Part shown: piece after piece, positions 32,904 to 43,293 of the stretch
How the letters are laid out: every line of letters starts with the position of its first letter
Numbering within the stretch: the first letter of the stretch is position 1
From: an uncultured Gemmatimonadales bacterium
GTDB lineage: Bacteria > Gemmatimonadota > Gemmatimonadetes > Gemmatimonadales > GWC2-71-9
Reading direction: 5' to 3'
Length of the DNA stretch: 64,000 bases
Assembly: GCA_963821525.1 (NCBI GenBank)
Contig: CAWGED010000019.1
Location: 640,001-704,000, forward strand
Program-made: the position numbers and the translations under genes
The notes under the pieces: generated by a model
Database searches by the model: none
Told to the model about the DNA's origin: nothing
Seen by the model: only the letters and a program-made list of their open reading frames with translations

Positions 32904-34375
32904 TAACCCGCCTCCTCAGCCCGGCGGAACGGCTGGAGAGTGATCCTGCCGTGCAGTTTCCGGGCGACCTGATCCGCGCTCGCCACCGCCCAGAAATTCC
33001 CGCCCGCGTCGAGCACCGGCGCATCGATGAACCACCGCCGAGCCGAGAGAAAGACGTTGCCGGTAAGCTGAAGGTCGGTGCTGACCGAATCGATCACGAC
33101 ACCGTCATCCACTCCGTCGAACAGATTGCCCCGGATCCTGATCCGGGTACTCCGTTCCACCAGGATCCCCTGCCCCACCTTGGCGATCGTGTTGTCGCCG
33201 ATCCGATAATCCCGGCTCGGCTCATCGCCATCCTTGGAGGTAAAGAGCCGGATACCGACCTTGCCGCCGATGATGATGTTGCCGTTCAGCTCGTTCTCGC
33301 CCCCGTGCTCGATGGCGATGCCGCCAGTACGGGAGCCCACGACGGAGTTCTTCTCCACCGTGTTCGCCCGGGAGTATCCCAGCCAGAACCCGTAGTCCGA
33401 ACTGTCGGCCCGATTCTCCAGGAAGGTGTTCCATTCGCTGAAGGTGGACTCGAACGCATTGTGATAGGCGAACGAGGCGTCGTTCCGGATCACGAGATTG
33501 CCGATCGAGCCCGAGACCTCCGGTCGCTGGCCACTCAGGAAGAACCCGTCTCCCGACCAGGTGAGGTCGTTGTCCGCGATGAAATTCGAATCGCTGCGCT
33601 GCCGGAGCAGGAGGGCCGCGCTATCGCAGCCGTGGCGATAGCCGGGACTCTCGCAGCGCACGTTGTGATCCGCCTTGTTACGGAGAATGGTATTGCGCGA
33701 TGAACGCCAGAGATGGATTCCCCAACCCGAGTTGCCGCTGACATCGTTGTCGGCGATGATCGCGTTCCGGCTCTCGAACAACCCGATGCCGTTCTGCGCC
33801 CCACGCGCGATAACCCCGGTTACCGAGGCGCCGCTGGTTCGCTTGAGATAGACGCCGTGGCCGTAGGTCTCAAACGTGTCGGGATGGAAGATGTCGAGCC
33901 AGTCGGCCTGATCGTAACGCTGCGGAGTCGAGCGCAACGTCTGGCTTCTCGATTGGGAGACATCCACCCCGCTGATCCGGTGTCCGCTTCCTCCATCGAG
34001 CTTGATGCCGTAGCGGTACCCCCGGATCCGGCCTCCGCGAACCGCGACACTGTCGACACCCGTGCTGGTGATTCCGATTCCTCGAAAGTCTGCCGGAACC
34101 GAGTCTCCGCTTTCGAGCGTGACACCGGTGAGGTCGATCCTGGTTCCCGGAGCAGAGGCGACGATGATGCCGCGCTCGTTGGGATCCGGGATGCGATAGC
34201 GGCCGGGACAGATCTTCACGTCCCCGCTCACTTGGGTACCCGGTTTCTGCAGTCGGGTGCAGGCGACGGCGTGAACCGGGAACGGGGAACGGGGAACAGG
34301 GGATCCCGTTGACTCGATAGGACCGATCGAGAGGGACAGCAGCAGGACTGTTGCGATGGCTAGACGAATCATCAT
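32900..34375 (-). CDS. Secreted right-handed beta-helix (NosD/CASH-like) protein
   Basis: ATG 34375 overlaps the natural hisF stop; signal peptide; repeated GI.L..S.N.I..N coils. Confidence 0.8.
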   Translation of the reverse strand: MMIRLAIATVLLLSLSIGPIESTGSPVPRSPFPVHAVACTRLQKPGTQVSGDVKICPGRYRIPDPNERGIIVASAPGTRIDLTGVTLESGDSVPADFRGIGITSTGVDSVAVRGGRIRGYRYGIKLDGGSGHRISGVDVSQSRSQTLRSTPQRYDQADWLDIFHPDTFETYGHGVYLKRTSGASVTGVIARGAQNGIGLFESRNAIIADNDVSGNSGWGIHLWRSSRNTILRNKADHNVRCESPGYRHGCDSAALLLRQRSDSNFIADNDLTWSGDGFFLSGQRPEVSGSIGNLVIRNDASFAYHNAFESTFSEWNTFLENRADSSDYGFWLGYSRANTVEKNSVVGSRTGGIAIEHGGENELNGNIIIGGKVGIRLFTSKDGDEPSRDYRIGDNTIAKVGQGILVERSTRIRIRGNLFDGVDDGVVIDSVSTDLQLTGNVFLSARRWFIDAPVLDAGGNFWAVASADQVARKLHGRITLQPFRRAEEAGY

Positions 34376-35146
34376 GGTCTCACAACATAGCCCCGCTCCC
34401 GCAGGTAGGCTCGCGCCTCGGGAAGAGAGGAACCTTGATAGTGGAAAATCGATGCGGCCAGAACTCCATGAGCCCCGGCCTCGAACGCCTCGGCGAGATG
34501 CGCCAGGCTTCCCGGCACCGCCCGACGCAATGACCGGAATGCTCACCCGGCGCGTAGTCTCTCGCAGCAGGTCGAGATCATAGCCTGAGCGGGTGCCGTC
34601 CCGGTCCATCGAGGTCAGCAGAATCTCGCCCGCCCCCAACTGCTCCAGCCTGACCATCCATTCGAGACCGTCGAGCCCGGTTGGCTCGCGTCCTCCATTC
34701 ACGTACACCGCCCAGCTCATCGGGTTGCCGTCTGTCGGGGATGGTGTCCGCTTTGCGTCAACCGCCGCCACGATGCATTGAGCGCCGAAGCTGTCCGAGA
34801 GTCGCCGTACCAGCTCGGGATCGCGCGCCGCCGCGGTATTCACCGCGATCTTGTCGGCTCCCGCCCGCAATACCGCCCCGGCGTCTTCCAGCGACCGGAT
34901 CCCGCCCCCCACGGTGAAGGGGATGAGGAGCCTCTCCGCCACGCGAGCGACCATGTCGAGCGTGGTCGCCCGGGACTCGTTGCTGGCGGAGATATCGAGT
35001 AACACCAGCTCATCCGCCCCTTCGGCGTCATACCGCGCGGCCTGTTCGACCGGATCACCGGCATCCCGGAGCGACTCGAAATGCACCCCTTTGACCACCC
35101 GTCCACCGGCGACGTCGAGACAGGGGATGATTCGACGGGCTAGCAT
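34372..35146 (-). CDS. hisF: Imidazole glycerol phosphate synthase cyclase subunit (frameshift near 34510)
   Basis: [33 protein letters not shown]; shifted frame gives HLAEAF...LAASIFH...VRP*. Confidence 0.95.
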
Positions 35147-35161
35147 GGTAGAAAGGGAGGC

Positions 35162-35277
35162 AATTGAAGATTGAAGATTTTAGATCTCAGATTGAGAATT
35201 GAAAAATTGCAAATTGGCAATTGCAAATTGGTTGCTCGTTCAATCTGCAATCTAAAATCTTCAATCTTCAATCCTCA
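35162..35277. repeat. AT-rich inverted heptamer arrays ATTG(A/C)A(G/A) / CTTCAAT
   Basis: ATTGAAGATTGAAGATTTTAGAT... pairs with ...ATCTAAAATCTTCAATCTTCAAT. Confidence 0.9.
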
Positions 35278-35728
35278 GCACGTCCTCCAGCTCCCCCGCA
35301 TTCCCCCGGCCCAACAACACTTCAATGTCCGTCAGCGCCCGCCGCTCGCGGGGCCAGGCGAGACGCTCGCGGGCCGCGGGAAAGGACAGCCACTCGAAGG
35401 CGTCGTGCTCACTGCTCAAGCGTACCGCTGCGTTCGGTACGAAGACCGCGAAGACCGGAATGAAGGCTACCTCGTCCACCCGGTGGCGATAGAACGTTTC
35501 CACCCGGCTCAGGTTGTAAAGTCGTTCCGGCGTGAGACCGGTTTCTTCCCGCAACTCGCGAAGCGCAGCCTGGAGCGGAGTCTCTCCCTCTTCGATGCTC
35601 CCATGCACTACTTCCCAGGCGCCGCTGCAGCGGCCTCCAGGAGCACGGCGAAGCGCCAGGACTTCAAGCGTCGAGCCCGCGCGTCGCAGCGGGTAGACAT
35701 CAACGAAGGTGACCCGGAACGTCGTCAC
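35261..35728 (-). CDS. Nudix hydrolase (NudB-like)
   Basis: Nudix box GSIEEGETPLQAALRELREETGL; LS.EH..FEWL; GTGA overlap with the hisH stop. Confidence 0.9.
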   Translation of the reverse strand: MTTFRVTFVDVYPLRRAGSTLEVLALRRAPGGRCSGAWEVVHGSIEEGETPLQAALRELREETGLTPERLYNLSRVETFYRHRVDEVAFIPVFAVFVPNAAVRLSSEHDAFEWLSFPAARERLAWPRERRALTDIEVLLGRGNAGELEDVLRIED

Positions 35729-36345
35729 GGATTCCAGCTGCCGAATCTCGCGAGCAAGGCGACTCCAGCCTGCTGCGATTTCTCCGGGTGGAATTGCACG
35801 CCGAGGACGTTTTCCCGCCCGACAATCGCAGGGAACGCTCCGCCGTAGTCGCCCAGAGCCAGCGCGGTGTCGGCCGCGAGATCGAAGGGATGGTAACTGT
35901 GGACGTGGTAGTAGAACGTGGCCCCATCCGGAAAGAGCGGCATGAGAACCGGATGGCGCCTGCCCTGCTCGGTCGGCCGAATCTCCGCCCATCCAACGTG
36001 AGGGAGTGGGAGGCCGGACCGGAACCGGATCACCCGTCCCTCGAGGATTCCCAGTCCCCTGGCCTCCGGGGCTTCCTCGCTCTCCGGAAACAGGAGCTGC
36101 AATCCGAGGCAGATGCCGAGCACGGGCCTGCCCGCTGCGGCGACGGCGCGGATCGCGTCGGGAAGGCCACGCTCCGCGAGATTGCGGGAACCTTGTCCGA
36201 AGTGGCCTACTCCGGGCACTACGAGCCGACCGGCCTTGCGCAGCTCATCTGGATCGGCCGAGAGCATGGCCTCGTGGCCGGCAGCGGCCAGGGCCCGGAC
36301 CACGCTGCTGAGATTGTTGACTCCGTAATCCACCACAGCGATCAC
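35725..36345 (-). CDS. hisH: Imidazole glycerol phosphate synthase glutaminase subunit
   Basis: DYG.NNL.SV, PGVG, GICLGLQ, PHVGW, VHSY, QFHPEKS. Confidence 0.96.
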   Translation of the reverse strand: MIAVVDYGVNNLSSVVRALAAAGHEAMLSADPDELRKAGRLVVPGVGHFGQGSRNLAERGLPDAIRAVAAAGRPVLGICLGLQLLFPESEEAPEARGLGILEGRVIRFRSGLPLPHVGWAEIRPTEQGRRHPVLMPLFPDGATFYYHVHSYHPFDLAADTALALGDYGGAFPAIVGRENVLGVQFHPEKSQQAGVALLARFGSWNP

Positions 36346-36933
36346 AGCACGCCCTTGGTAGACGGAACACCCTTGACTCGAGGATCCCGCGAGATCGCGG
36401 ATTCCAGGGCGCGAGCAAACGCCTTGAACGCGGCTTCCACGATGTGATGCGGGTTGTCTCCCCGGATCAGGTCCATGTGGGCCGTGAGACCGGCATGCTG
36501 TACCAGGGCGCGGAAGAACTCCGGAGTGAGGAAGACGTCGTAGTCTCCCAGCATCTGCCACTTGGGGATGTCCACGTGATACGCCAGGAAAGGGCGACCC
36601 GAGACGTCGATCACCACTCGCACCAGGGCGTCATCCAGCGGCACCAGCGCATCGGCGTAACGGCGGATTCCGGCGCGATCTCCCAGCGCCTTGGCGATGG
36701 CCTGGCCGAGTACGATGCCGGTGTCCTCCACCGTATGATGCCCGTCCACGTGGAGGTCGCCCTCGACCCTCGAGCTCGAGGTCGAGCAGCCCATGCCGGG
36801 CGAATGCCTCGAGCATGTGATCGAAGAAGCCCAGCCCGGTCTTGACCCGCGCCTCGCCGGTTCCGTCCAGGTTCACCCGGGCGCGGAGCGTGGTTTCTTT
36901 GGTTGTCCGGAAGACTTCGGCGGTGCGTATCAT
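36342..36933 (-). CDS. hisB: Imidazoleglycerol-phosphate dehydratase (frameshift near 36765)
   Basis: R.TKET, FFDHML, D.HHTVED, N.HHIVEA.FKA, PSTKGVL. Confidence 0.95.
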
Positions 36934-37049
36934 AGGGAGTAGGGAGTAGGTGTTGGGCAGTAGGGCGCGGGGGGCGGACTCATGGTGGGACGAAGCCTTG
37001 CAACCTCGGTGAAACGCCCTACCCCCTACTCCCCACTTCCTACAACCTG
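36933..37049. repeat. Inverted heptamer arrays (TAGGGAG)n / (CTCCCTA)n
   Basis: Five units 36933-36967 and five complementary units 37015-37049. Confidence 0.85.
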
Positions 37050-38162
37050 TCAGTCCTTGAGAATTGCCGAAAGGCCCGCCACCACCGCCGCGGTGTCCTC
37101 CGCCGTCCCCACCGATATCCTCAAACACTCGGCCAGCCCAGCGCCGCTCGACACGTCCCGCACCAGAATCCCATGCTCCTCCACCAGCCGCCGGAACACG
37201 GTGCGGGCGGGAACCCGGTCGCAGCGGACCAGGACGAAATTGGCCTTGCTGGGGAACGGATGCAGCCCGGCGATGGAGCCCAGGAAGCCGAGGAAGCGGT
37301 CCCGCTCCTGGGCGATCGCCTTGGCCCGCGTGGCGAACTCCGCACTGTGCTTGAGCATCACCTCCGCCGCCACCAGCGTGATCGCATTCACGTTGTAGGG
37401 CAGCTTGGCCTTCGCTATCTCCCGGGCGACATCCGGATGAGCCAGCGCGTAGCCGAACCGGAGGCCCGCCATGCCCATCGCCTTCGACAGGGTTCGCAGC
37501 ACGACGATTCGGGGCGACTGGCGCAGCAGGGTAAGCGCCGTTGGGCCGCCGAAGTCCTGGTAGGCTTCGTCGCAGAGCAGAAGCGACTCGGTCCGCTCCA
37601 GCAACGTCGCCACACCGTCCTCCGGCAGGACGGACCCGGTGGGATTGTTGGGCGAGTTCAGCACCACGACCCGGGCCCGCTCGCGCCGTGCCACGGCGGC
37701 GAGCGCATCCACATCGTAGGCGTATTCCGCTCCGAGCGGCACTGGGAGATATCGCCCGCCCATCACTCCGGTCATGATCCGGTAGAGCGCGAAGGAAGGC
37801 TGGGGCACCACGACCGGATCGCCGGTATTCACCGCGACCGAAATCGAAGCCTGGATCACCTCGTTGGACCCGTTCCCAACCAGCACTCCCTCCGGATCCC
37901 AATCGTGCTTCGCCGCGATCTGCTCGACCAGCTTCCGCGGCACGAACTCAGGATAACGGTTCCACGGCGTAGCAAGCGCGCGCTCGATTACCTCCCGCTT
38001 GAGATGCTCGGGAACATCGAACGGCGATTCGTTCTGATTGAGCTTTCGCTCGGCGGAGAGGCCGGAGAGCGTGTAGGCGGAGAGGGAGAGGACGGTAGGC
38101 TTGATCAGTCCGGCAATTTCAGATTGCCGATTGCTGATTGCAGATTGGGAGGGGCTCGTCAT
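37050..38162 (-). CDS. hisC: Histidinol-phosphate aminotransferase
   Basis: [40 protein letters not shown]. Confidence 0.95.
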   Translation of the reverse strand: MTSPSQSAISNRQSEIAGLIKPTVLSLSAYTLSGLSAERKLNQNESPFDVPEHLKREVIERALATPWNRYPEFVPRKLVEQIAAKHDWDPEGVLVGNGSNEVIQASISVAVNTGDPVVVPQPSFALYRIMTGVMGGRYLPVPLGAEYAYDVDALAAVARRERARVVVLNSPNNPTGSVLPEDGVATLLERTESLLLCDEAYQDFGGPTALTLLRQSPRIVVLRTLSKAMGMAGLRFGYALAHPDVAREIAKAKLPYNVNAITLVAAEVMLKHSAEFATRAKAIAQERDRFLGFLGSIAGLHPFPSKANFVLVRCDRVPARTVFRRLVEEHGILVRDVSSGAGLAECLRISVGTAEDTAAVVAGLSAILKD

Positions 38163-38270
38163 TTCCGGCTCACGTTCAGTCGCCAACCAACCCGCAGAAT
38201 TCAATTACCAATTTTCAATTACCAATTACCAATTGTCAATCTTAAATCTTCAATCTTAAATCTCCAATCA
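38114..38270. repeat. AT-rich inverted heptamer arrays (GATTGnn)n / (CAATTAC, CAATCTT)n straddling the hisC start
   Basis: Left arm inside the hisC 5' end, right arm 38198-38270 upstream. Confidence 0.85.
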
Positions 38271-38271
38271 C

Positions 38272-40533
38272 CTACTCCTTCCTCCTCGCCAGCACCACCT
38301 CCAGCCGTTTCGAAAGCGCCTTGGCTCGGAAGGGCTTGGTGAGGAAATCGTCGGCGCCCAGCTCGAAGACCCGGACTTCGTTGTCCTCGTCGCCTTTGGC
38401 GGTGAGAACGATGACTGGGGTCTTCCTGGTGGCGGGACGGGAGCGGAGCTGTGAAAGCACCGAGTATCCGTCCATGTCCGGCAGGTTCAAGTCGAGCACG
38501 ACCACATCGGGGGCGTGGCGGTCCACCTGGTCCAGCGCCTCGACCCCATTTCTTGCCTCGAGGACCGCGTATCCCTCGCGGGCCAGCAGATCCTTCATGA
38601 CCCGACGCAGCGAATCCTCGTCGTCCACCAGGAGGACCGATGCTCCGTGGACCGGCCGGACGACTTCGACGCTCGCGGCCTCATCGTCAATCAGGTCGAA
38701 GGCGGTCGTGAGATCGGCGACCGGAATATTGACCGCGGGGACGGGACCCGAGGGCGTGCCGTGGTGGGGACCGGGTGTGCTGCGCTTGGACGGAAGCGGC
38801 GTGTTGACGCTTGGCGTCGCCGGGCGGCCGGTGCTGCGCTCGTCCATCGGAACGTCCACCACGCGAAGCAGCTCCTCTACGCTGGTTTCGCCGCTCAATA
38901 CATGTTGCACACCGCTTTCGAACAGCGACTTCATCCCGTTGGCCCTGGCGGCTTCGGCGATCTTGTCCGCCTGACCGCCCGCTCCGATCCTCCGCTCCAG
39001 CTCGGCGTTCATCGTAAGAATCTCGACCACCGAGAATCGCCCGCGGTACCCGGTCATGGCGCAATCGGGGCAGCCGACGGCCCGATAGAGCGTCGTGCCC
39101 GGCGGGATGTAGCGCCGGATCCGGGTCGGGATATCTCCGTCGTTGACCTCGCGACAGCGGGGACAGATCCGCCGCATGAGGCGCTGGGCGATCACCCCGC
39201 GGAGGGCCGGGCCGATCTTGTACGGCTCCATCCCCATGTCCACCAGACGGGTGATGGCGTTGGGTGCGTCGTTGGTGTGCAGGGTCGAGAGCACCAGGTG
39301 GCCGGTCAGCGAGGCCTGCAGCGCGATCTGCGCCGTCTCCCGGTCGCGCACCTCACCCACCAGCACCACGTCGGGGTCCTGGCGGAGGATCGACCGGAGT
39401 GCCGCCGAGAAGGTGAGTCCCGCCTTCTCGTGCACCTGCACCTGGACGATGCCCTTGCCCAAGCGGTATTCGACCGGGTCCTCGACGGTGACGATGTTGA
39501 CGCCGTCGCTCTGAACCATGCGCAGCGCGGAGTAGAGCGTCGTGGTCTTGCCCGAGCCGGTCGGCCCGGTGACCAGGACGATGCCCTCCTTGTTGTTGAG
39601 CAGGTTCTTGATCGCTTCGCGCTCTTCCTCGCTCATGCCGAGCGAATCGAGCGAGAGCACCGTGGCCTTGGCGTTGAGAATCCGGATGACGACCTTCTCG
39701 CCGAGGGAGGCGGGGAGGGTCGAGACCCGCAGGTCCACGGGGGAGCCGTTCACCGCGACCCGGGCGCGGCCGTCCTGCGGGCGCAGCCGGTCAGCGATGT
39801 CCAGCCCGGACATGATCTTGATGCGCGAGATGAGTGGTGCGCCCGCGGTCCGCGGAATGTTCATGACCTGGCGCAAGACTCCGTCGATCCGGTAGCGAAC
39901 CGCAACGCCCGCTTCGCCCGGCTCGATGTGAATGTCGCTTGCCCGAGACAGGATTCCGTCCGAAAGCATCAGGTCGACCAATCGCACCACCGGCCGCTGA
40001 CTGGCCTCGTCGGCCGAGGCGCTGAGCTCGGCCAGCCCCTCGTTGTCATCCAGCTGGGTGACCTCGAGGCCCTCGTCCATATTCCCCAGCAGCTGGCTCA
40101 TTACCTCCGAGCTGCCGCGGTAGAGCTCATCCATCTTTTCGGCGATGCGGGACGGCGAGCACAGGTGCATCCGCACCTCGCGGCCGGTGGCGAAGGCGAG
40201 ATCCTTTTCCGCGTCGATGTCGTTGGGGTTCGCCGTCGCGATCTCGAGATACGAGTCGCTGATGCCGATGGGGATGATGTTGAAGCGACGGACCAGCGGT
40301 TCGGGTACCGCTTCGCGCGCTTTCTGATCGACCTGATTCAGGTCCGCGACGGGCAGTCGGAACCGTGCAGCGGCGGCCTTCAGGATGTCGTCGTCCTTCG
40401 CCTCTTTGCGCTGGACCAGCGTGGTCCAGAGCGAGACCGGCTCCTTGCCTGGTGCCTCGCGCAAACTATCGAGGACCCCGGGCTTCAGAATCTTCTCCAG
40501 GCTGGGGACGAGCCACTCATCCGTAAACTGCAT
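38272..40533 (-). CDS. GspE/PilB-family secretion or pilus ATPase with C-terminal receiver domain
   Basis: ASDIHIEP, PQDGR, GPTGSGKTTT, TVEDPVE, LRQDPD, STLHTN, CPRC/CPDC; REC LVDDE...LDLNLP...TKPF. Confidence 0.92.
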   Translation of the reverse strand: MQFTDEWLVPSLEKILKPGVLDSLREAPGKEPVSLWTTLVQRKEAKDDDILKAAAARFRLPVADLNQVDQKAREAVPEPLVRRFNIIPIGISDSYLEIATANPNDIDAEKDLAFATGREVRMHLCSPSRIAEKMDELYRGSSEVMSQLLGNMDEGLEVTQLDDNEGLAELSASADEASQRPVVRLVDLMLSDGILSRASDIHIEPGEAGVAVRYRIDGVLRQVMNIPRTAGAPLISRIKIMSGLDIADRLRPQDGRARVAVNGSPVDLRVSTLPASLGEKVVIRILNAKATVLSLDSLGMSEEEREAIKNLLNNKEGIVLVTGPTGSGKTTTLYSALRMVQSDGVNIVTVEDPVEYRLGKGIVQVQVHEKAGLTFSAALRSILRQDPDVVLVGEVRDRETAQIALQASLTGHLVLSTLHTNDAPNAITRLVDMGMEPYKIGPALRGVIAQRLMRRICPRCREVNDGDIPTRIRRYIPPGTTLYRAVGCPDCAMTGYRGRFSVVEILTMNAELERRIGAGGQADKIAEAARANGMKSLFESGVQHVLSGETSVEELLRVVDVPMDERSTGRPATPSVNTPLPSKRSTPGPHHGTPSGPVPAVNIPVADLTTAFDLIDDEAASVEVVRPVHGASVLLVDDEDSLRRVMKDLLAREGYAVLEARNGVEALDQVDRHAPDVVVLDLNLPDMDGYSVLSQLRSRPATRKTPVIVLTAKGDEDNEVRVFELGADDFLTKPFRAKALSKRLEVVLARRKE

Positions 40534-40625
40534 TTAACCTCAAGCCTGATAACTAATTAGGGGAGGACGGAGGGAGCCGGTTCGCCTCCTCAAAGGTAAG
40601 GTAGCTGACCCAGAGATTACAGGGG

Positions 40626-42686
40626 CTACAAAACGCCCCACCAATCCGGATTCACGTCCACCATCACGCCGACGTCCCCCGTCTTCAGTGCGACTCCTGC
40701 CTCTACTCGGAGGAGCCTCATAAGAAATTCCGCCGCCACACCAGCCACTGGACGGACTCCTGGTGTGTTATCCCAAGGGGTGTTGGGTACCTCGTCGCTG
40801 GTCCACCCGGCAGCGAGGAAGGGACCCACGCTAATGGTTTGCCCGGTCGATGCAAAGGAGCCCAGCGGAATCGCGACAAAGGGTACTGGAAAGTCCCACT
40901 CAAGCCTGCCCAAGGCGATAGCCCTGCCGCCATAGGCTCGAAACGGTTCTCCTGGCAGCGTTCCTCGTCCGCCCAGAACGAAGCTCCGATAGGCAGGAAG
41001 TCCTGCCGTCCCCCAACCCCCGTAGGCCGTGAAGCCCAGCGTCCCAGGGCCGAGCGGCATAGCCACCGTGCCCTCGCCGGTCGCCCTGAAATATTCGTTC
41101 CCCCCTGTGCTGGCCTCGACCGCGACAGATCCGCTGGTGAGTGCCAGTCCGCGCGAAGCGCCCAGCTCGCCCGCATTCCTGGACAAGGCGACTCCTCCCA
41201 CGAAGCTCGCGTCGGAGCCCAACGCAGGATTGGAGCGATAACTGCCGTGGGCGGGACTGGCTTCGACATCGAGAGAGGATGGGTCTTCATACCCCGCCGT
41301 CAGTGAAATCGCCGTGACTCCTGAGAGTGGGTATCGCACACCAATCCCGATCCGATCGACCATCACGTAATCGCCGTAATCCTCGCCGGCTTCCTGAGAC
41401 AGGATCGAATTCAATACGCCTGAGATGACGGGAACGTCACTGAAGTCATGGATCGACCTGCCGCCCTCCAGTGTTACGGTGGCCGGCCCCGTCGCTACGC
41501 TGATGGCAAGCCCTCCTGTGAATCGCTCGTCTGAAGTCCCGAAGGCGACCCGCGGTTTGAGCAGAATCCTCCGCTGGTCCAAGGCCAGCGTCGCGGCGGC
41601 ACCGAGCGTCAGCCCCTGTACTCGATTCACCCGGATAATGTCGCTGACTGAGGGGATGGCCAGGCCGCCGGAGCCCAGACCTGATAGAATCCGCCCCCCG
41701 GCGATGCGGCCGAATTCCACCCGGAGCGAGTCGAGGTCGCGCTGCGTGACTGGCGCGGCGACTTCGCCCAGAGACTGGGCAAGCGGTTGACTCCACTGGC
41801 CGCCAGTGTCGGAGGCCGCGAGCATCCCTCCAATGGCCGGGCCCCTCAGGACTTCGGGAGGTATCGCCACATCGAAATCGTAGTCCCCGATTTCCCAGCG
41901 ACCCCGGATGATTCCCCGCGCCGGGAAGTCGAGCCACTGACTGCGCCGCCGGATCTCGATCTCCTGCCGATAGGGAAGCCACCAGCGGTCTTCGAACCGG
42001 GCATTTTCGAGCATGATGGAAATGTCTTCCAGGCCCTTTTCCAGATACGCCGCCGGGGTAAACCCGAAGCGGAACCGCACCAGCTCGGCGCTCGTTGCAT
42101 CGAGAGAAAGCGTTCCCACCACGAGAGGCTGACTCCAGTCTTTGGGACGCACCTGGAGCTGGTAGACCAGCAGCTCGCCGCCCCGGGTCTCGATGCGAAG
42201 CGAATCGATCAGCGCGAAGTCGTAGCGAGTCAGGCCGTCGGGCGAGAGCGGGTGAACCACGTCTCTCACCTCGTCGCCCTCGCCGATCCGGATCCGGTTA
42301 CCGAAGTTGTTGGTGACGATGCCGAGGTGATCGCGATGATAGTTGATGTCGGTCGGCAGCCAGCGACCGTCCCGCCAACCGAGGATGATCTGCTTGCTCA
42401 GATCCGGGGCGCGCCAATAGACTTCGACGTCGAGCTCGTCGGCCTTGACCAGGCGTGGCGCCCCTTGCAGCGCGTCGCCCACTTGGGCAAGGAACAGCAC
42501 GAAACCGTGAGCCCGCGTTCGATAGCTGCGCAGGGAGGAGTCGCGCTGAACCTGTGCCCTCACTTCTGTGGCGCGAGCAGCCAGATCCAGGGCTTCCGGC
42601 GAGTTCCACTGCTGGGCGGCCAGGGTCGTCGAGAGACCGGGCAGCAGCAGGAGCGCGGCGTACCATCGTGAACGTCTAATCCCCAT
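40626..42686 (-). CDS. Secreted / outer-membrane hypothetical protein with probable C-terminal beta-barrel
   Basis: Signal peptide ending AAQ; amphipathic strands; LGGRGTLPG motif. Confidence 0.65.
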   Translation of the reverse strand: MGIRRSRWYAALLLLPGLSTTLAAQQWNSPEALDLAARATEVRAQVQRDSSLRSYRTRAHGFVLFLAQVGDALQGAPRLVKADELDVEVYWRAPDLSKQIILGWRDGRWLPTDINYHRDHLGIVTNNFGNRIRIGEGDEVRDVVHPLSPDGLTRYDFALIDSLRIETRGGELLVYQLQVRPKDWSQPLVVGTLSLDATSAELVRFRFGFTPAAYLEKGLEDISIMLENARFEDRWWLPYRQEIEIRRRSQWLDFPARGIIRGRWEIGDYDFDVAIPPEVLRGPAIGGMLAASDTGGQWSQPLAQSLGEVAAPVTQRDLDSLRVEFGRIAGGRILSGLGSGGLAIPSVSDIIRVNRVQGLTLGAAATLALDQRRILLKPRVAFGTSDERFTGGLAISVATGPATVTLEGGRSIHDFSDVPVISGVLNSILSQEAGEDYGDYVMVDRIGIGVRYPLSGVTAISLTAGYEDPSSLDVEASPAHGSYRSNPALGSDASFVGGVALSRNAGELGASRGLALTSGSVAVEASTGGNEYFRATGEGTVAMPLGPGTLGFTAYGGWGTAGLPAYRSFVLGGRGTLPGEPFRAYGGRAIALGRLEWDFPVPFVAIPLGSFASTGQTISVGPFLAAGWTSDEVPNTPWDNTPGVRPVAGVAAEFLMRLLRVEAGVALKTGDVGVMVDVNPDWWGVL

Positions 42687-42708
42687 CGATCCCCCTGTCC
42701 CCTGTCTC

Positions 42709-43278
42709 GTGAGAATAACCTTCATCCTCTGCCTGGCCAGCGTCGCCGCCTGCGGCTCCAAAGGCGCCAACACGCCCCGACCCAAGAGCGTCATCACCCA
42801 GACTCTCCCGGTCGACCAGCTCTATCTCCTCGAGGCCGGCGGGATACCTCCCGCCGATACCTCGGTGATCTTCAAGACCGGCCAACCGCGCACCGTGATC
42901 ATGCGGCATCCCGCGCCCGACAACGGAGTCTTCGCGGAGCTGGTCTTCCCCGCCGACATGTTCGAGAACAAGGGACCGGACGATTCGGTGACGGTGAAAG
43001 CAAGTGTCCGGCCCGGCCTCTACGGGCTCGACGTCTCCTCGACCGTCGAAACCGACAAGACCGGCATCGTACGGTTCAAATATCCGGTGCACTTCTCGGC
43101 GCCACAGGGTGCCCTCGCGAAGTACGGGAGCGCGGTTCGTTACGAGCAGGTCCTGCAGATCGGACGGCAAACCGAGGATAGTCGTTACGCGCTCTACGTT
43201 TCGACCCGCCGCGCGTCCGACAATCTGGAGGCGCCCATGCTGCTGCCGGGCCGGTTTGTGGTGGGCGCACCCAGATAG
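42709..43278 (+). CDS. Hypothetical lipoprotein
   Basis: Hydrophobic N-terminus with VAAC lipobox; start is inferred. Confidence 0.6.
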   Translation: MRITFILCLASVAACGSKGANTPRPKSVITQTLPVDQLYLLEAGGIPPADTSVIFKTGQPRTVIMRHPAPDNGVFAELVFPADMFENKGPDDSVTVKASVRPGLYGLDVSSTVETDKTGIVRFKYPVHFSAPQGALAKYGSAVRYEQVLQIGRQTEDSRYALYVSTRRASDNLEAPMLLPGRFVVGAPR

Positions 43279-43293
43279 TACCCTTACCTCCCC

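Noticed and set aside
32900..35146. Apparent HisF-beta-helix fusion
   Set aside because: The conserved HisF tail (LAASIFH...VRP*) is in another frame after ~34510, and the second protein has its own ATG and signal peptide
38515..40560. Long antisense ORFs (also 23811-25871, 44583-46196, 18691-20112, 13859-15277)
   Set aside because: Shadow frames of well-supported GC-rich genes with no recognisable motifs
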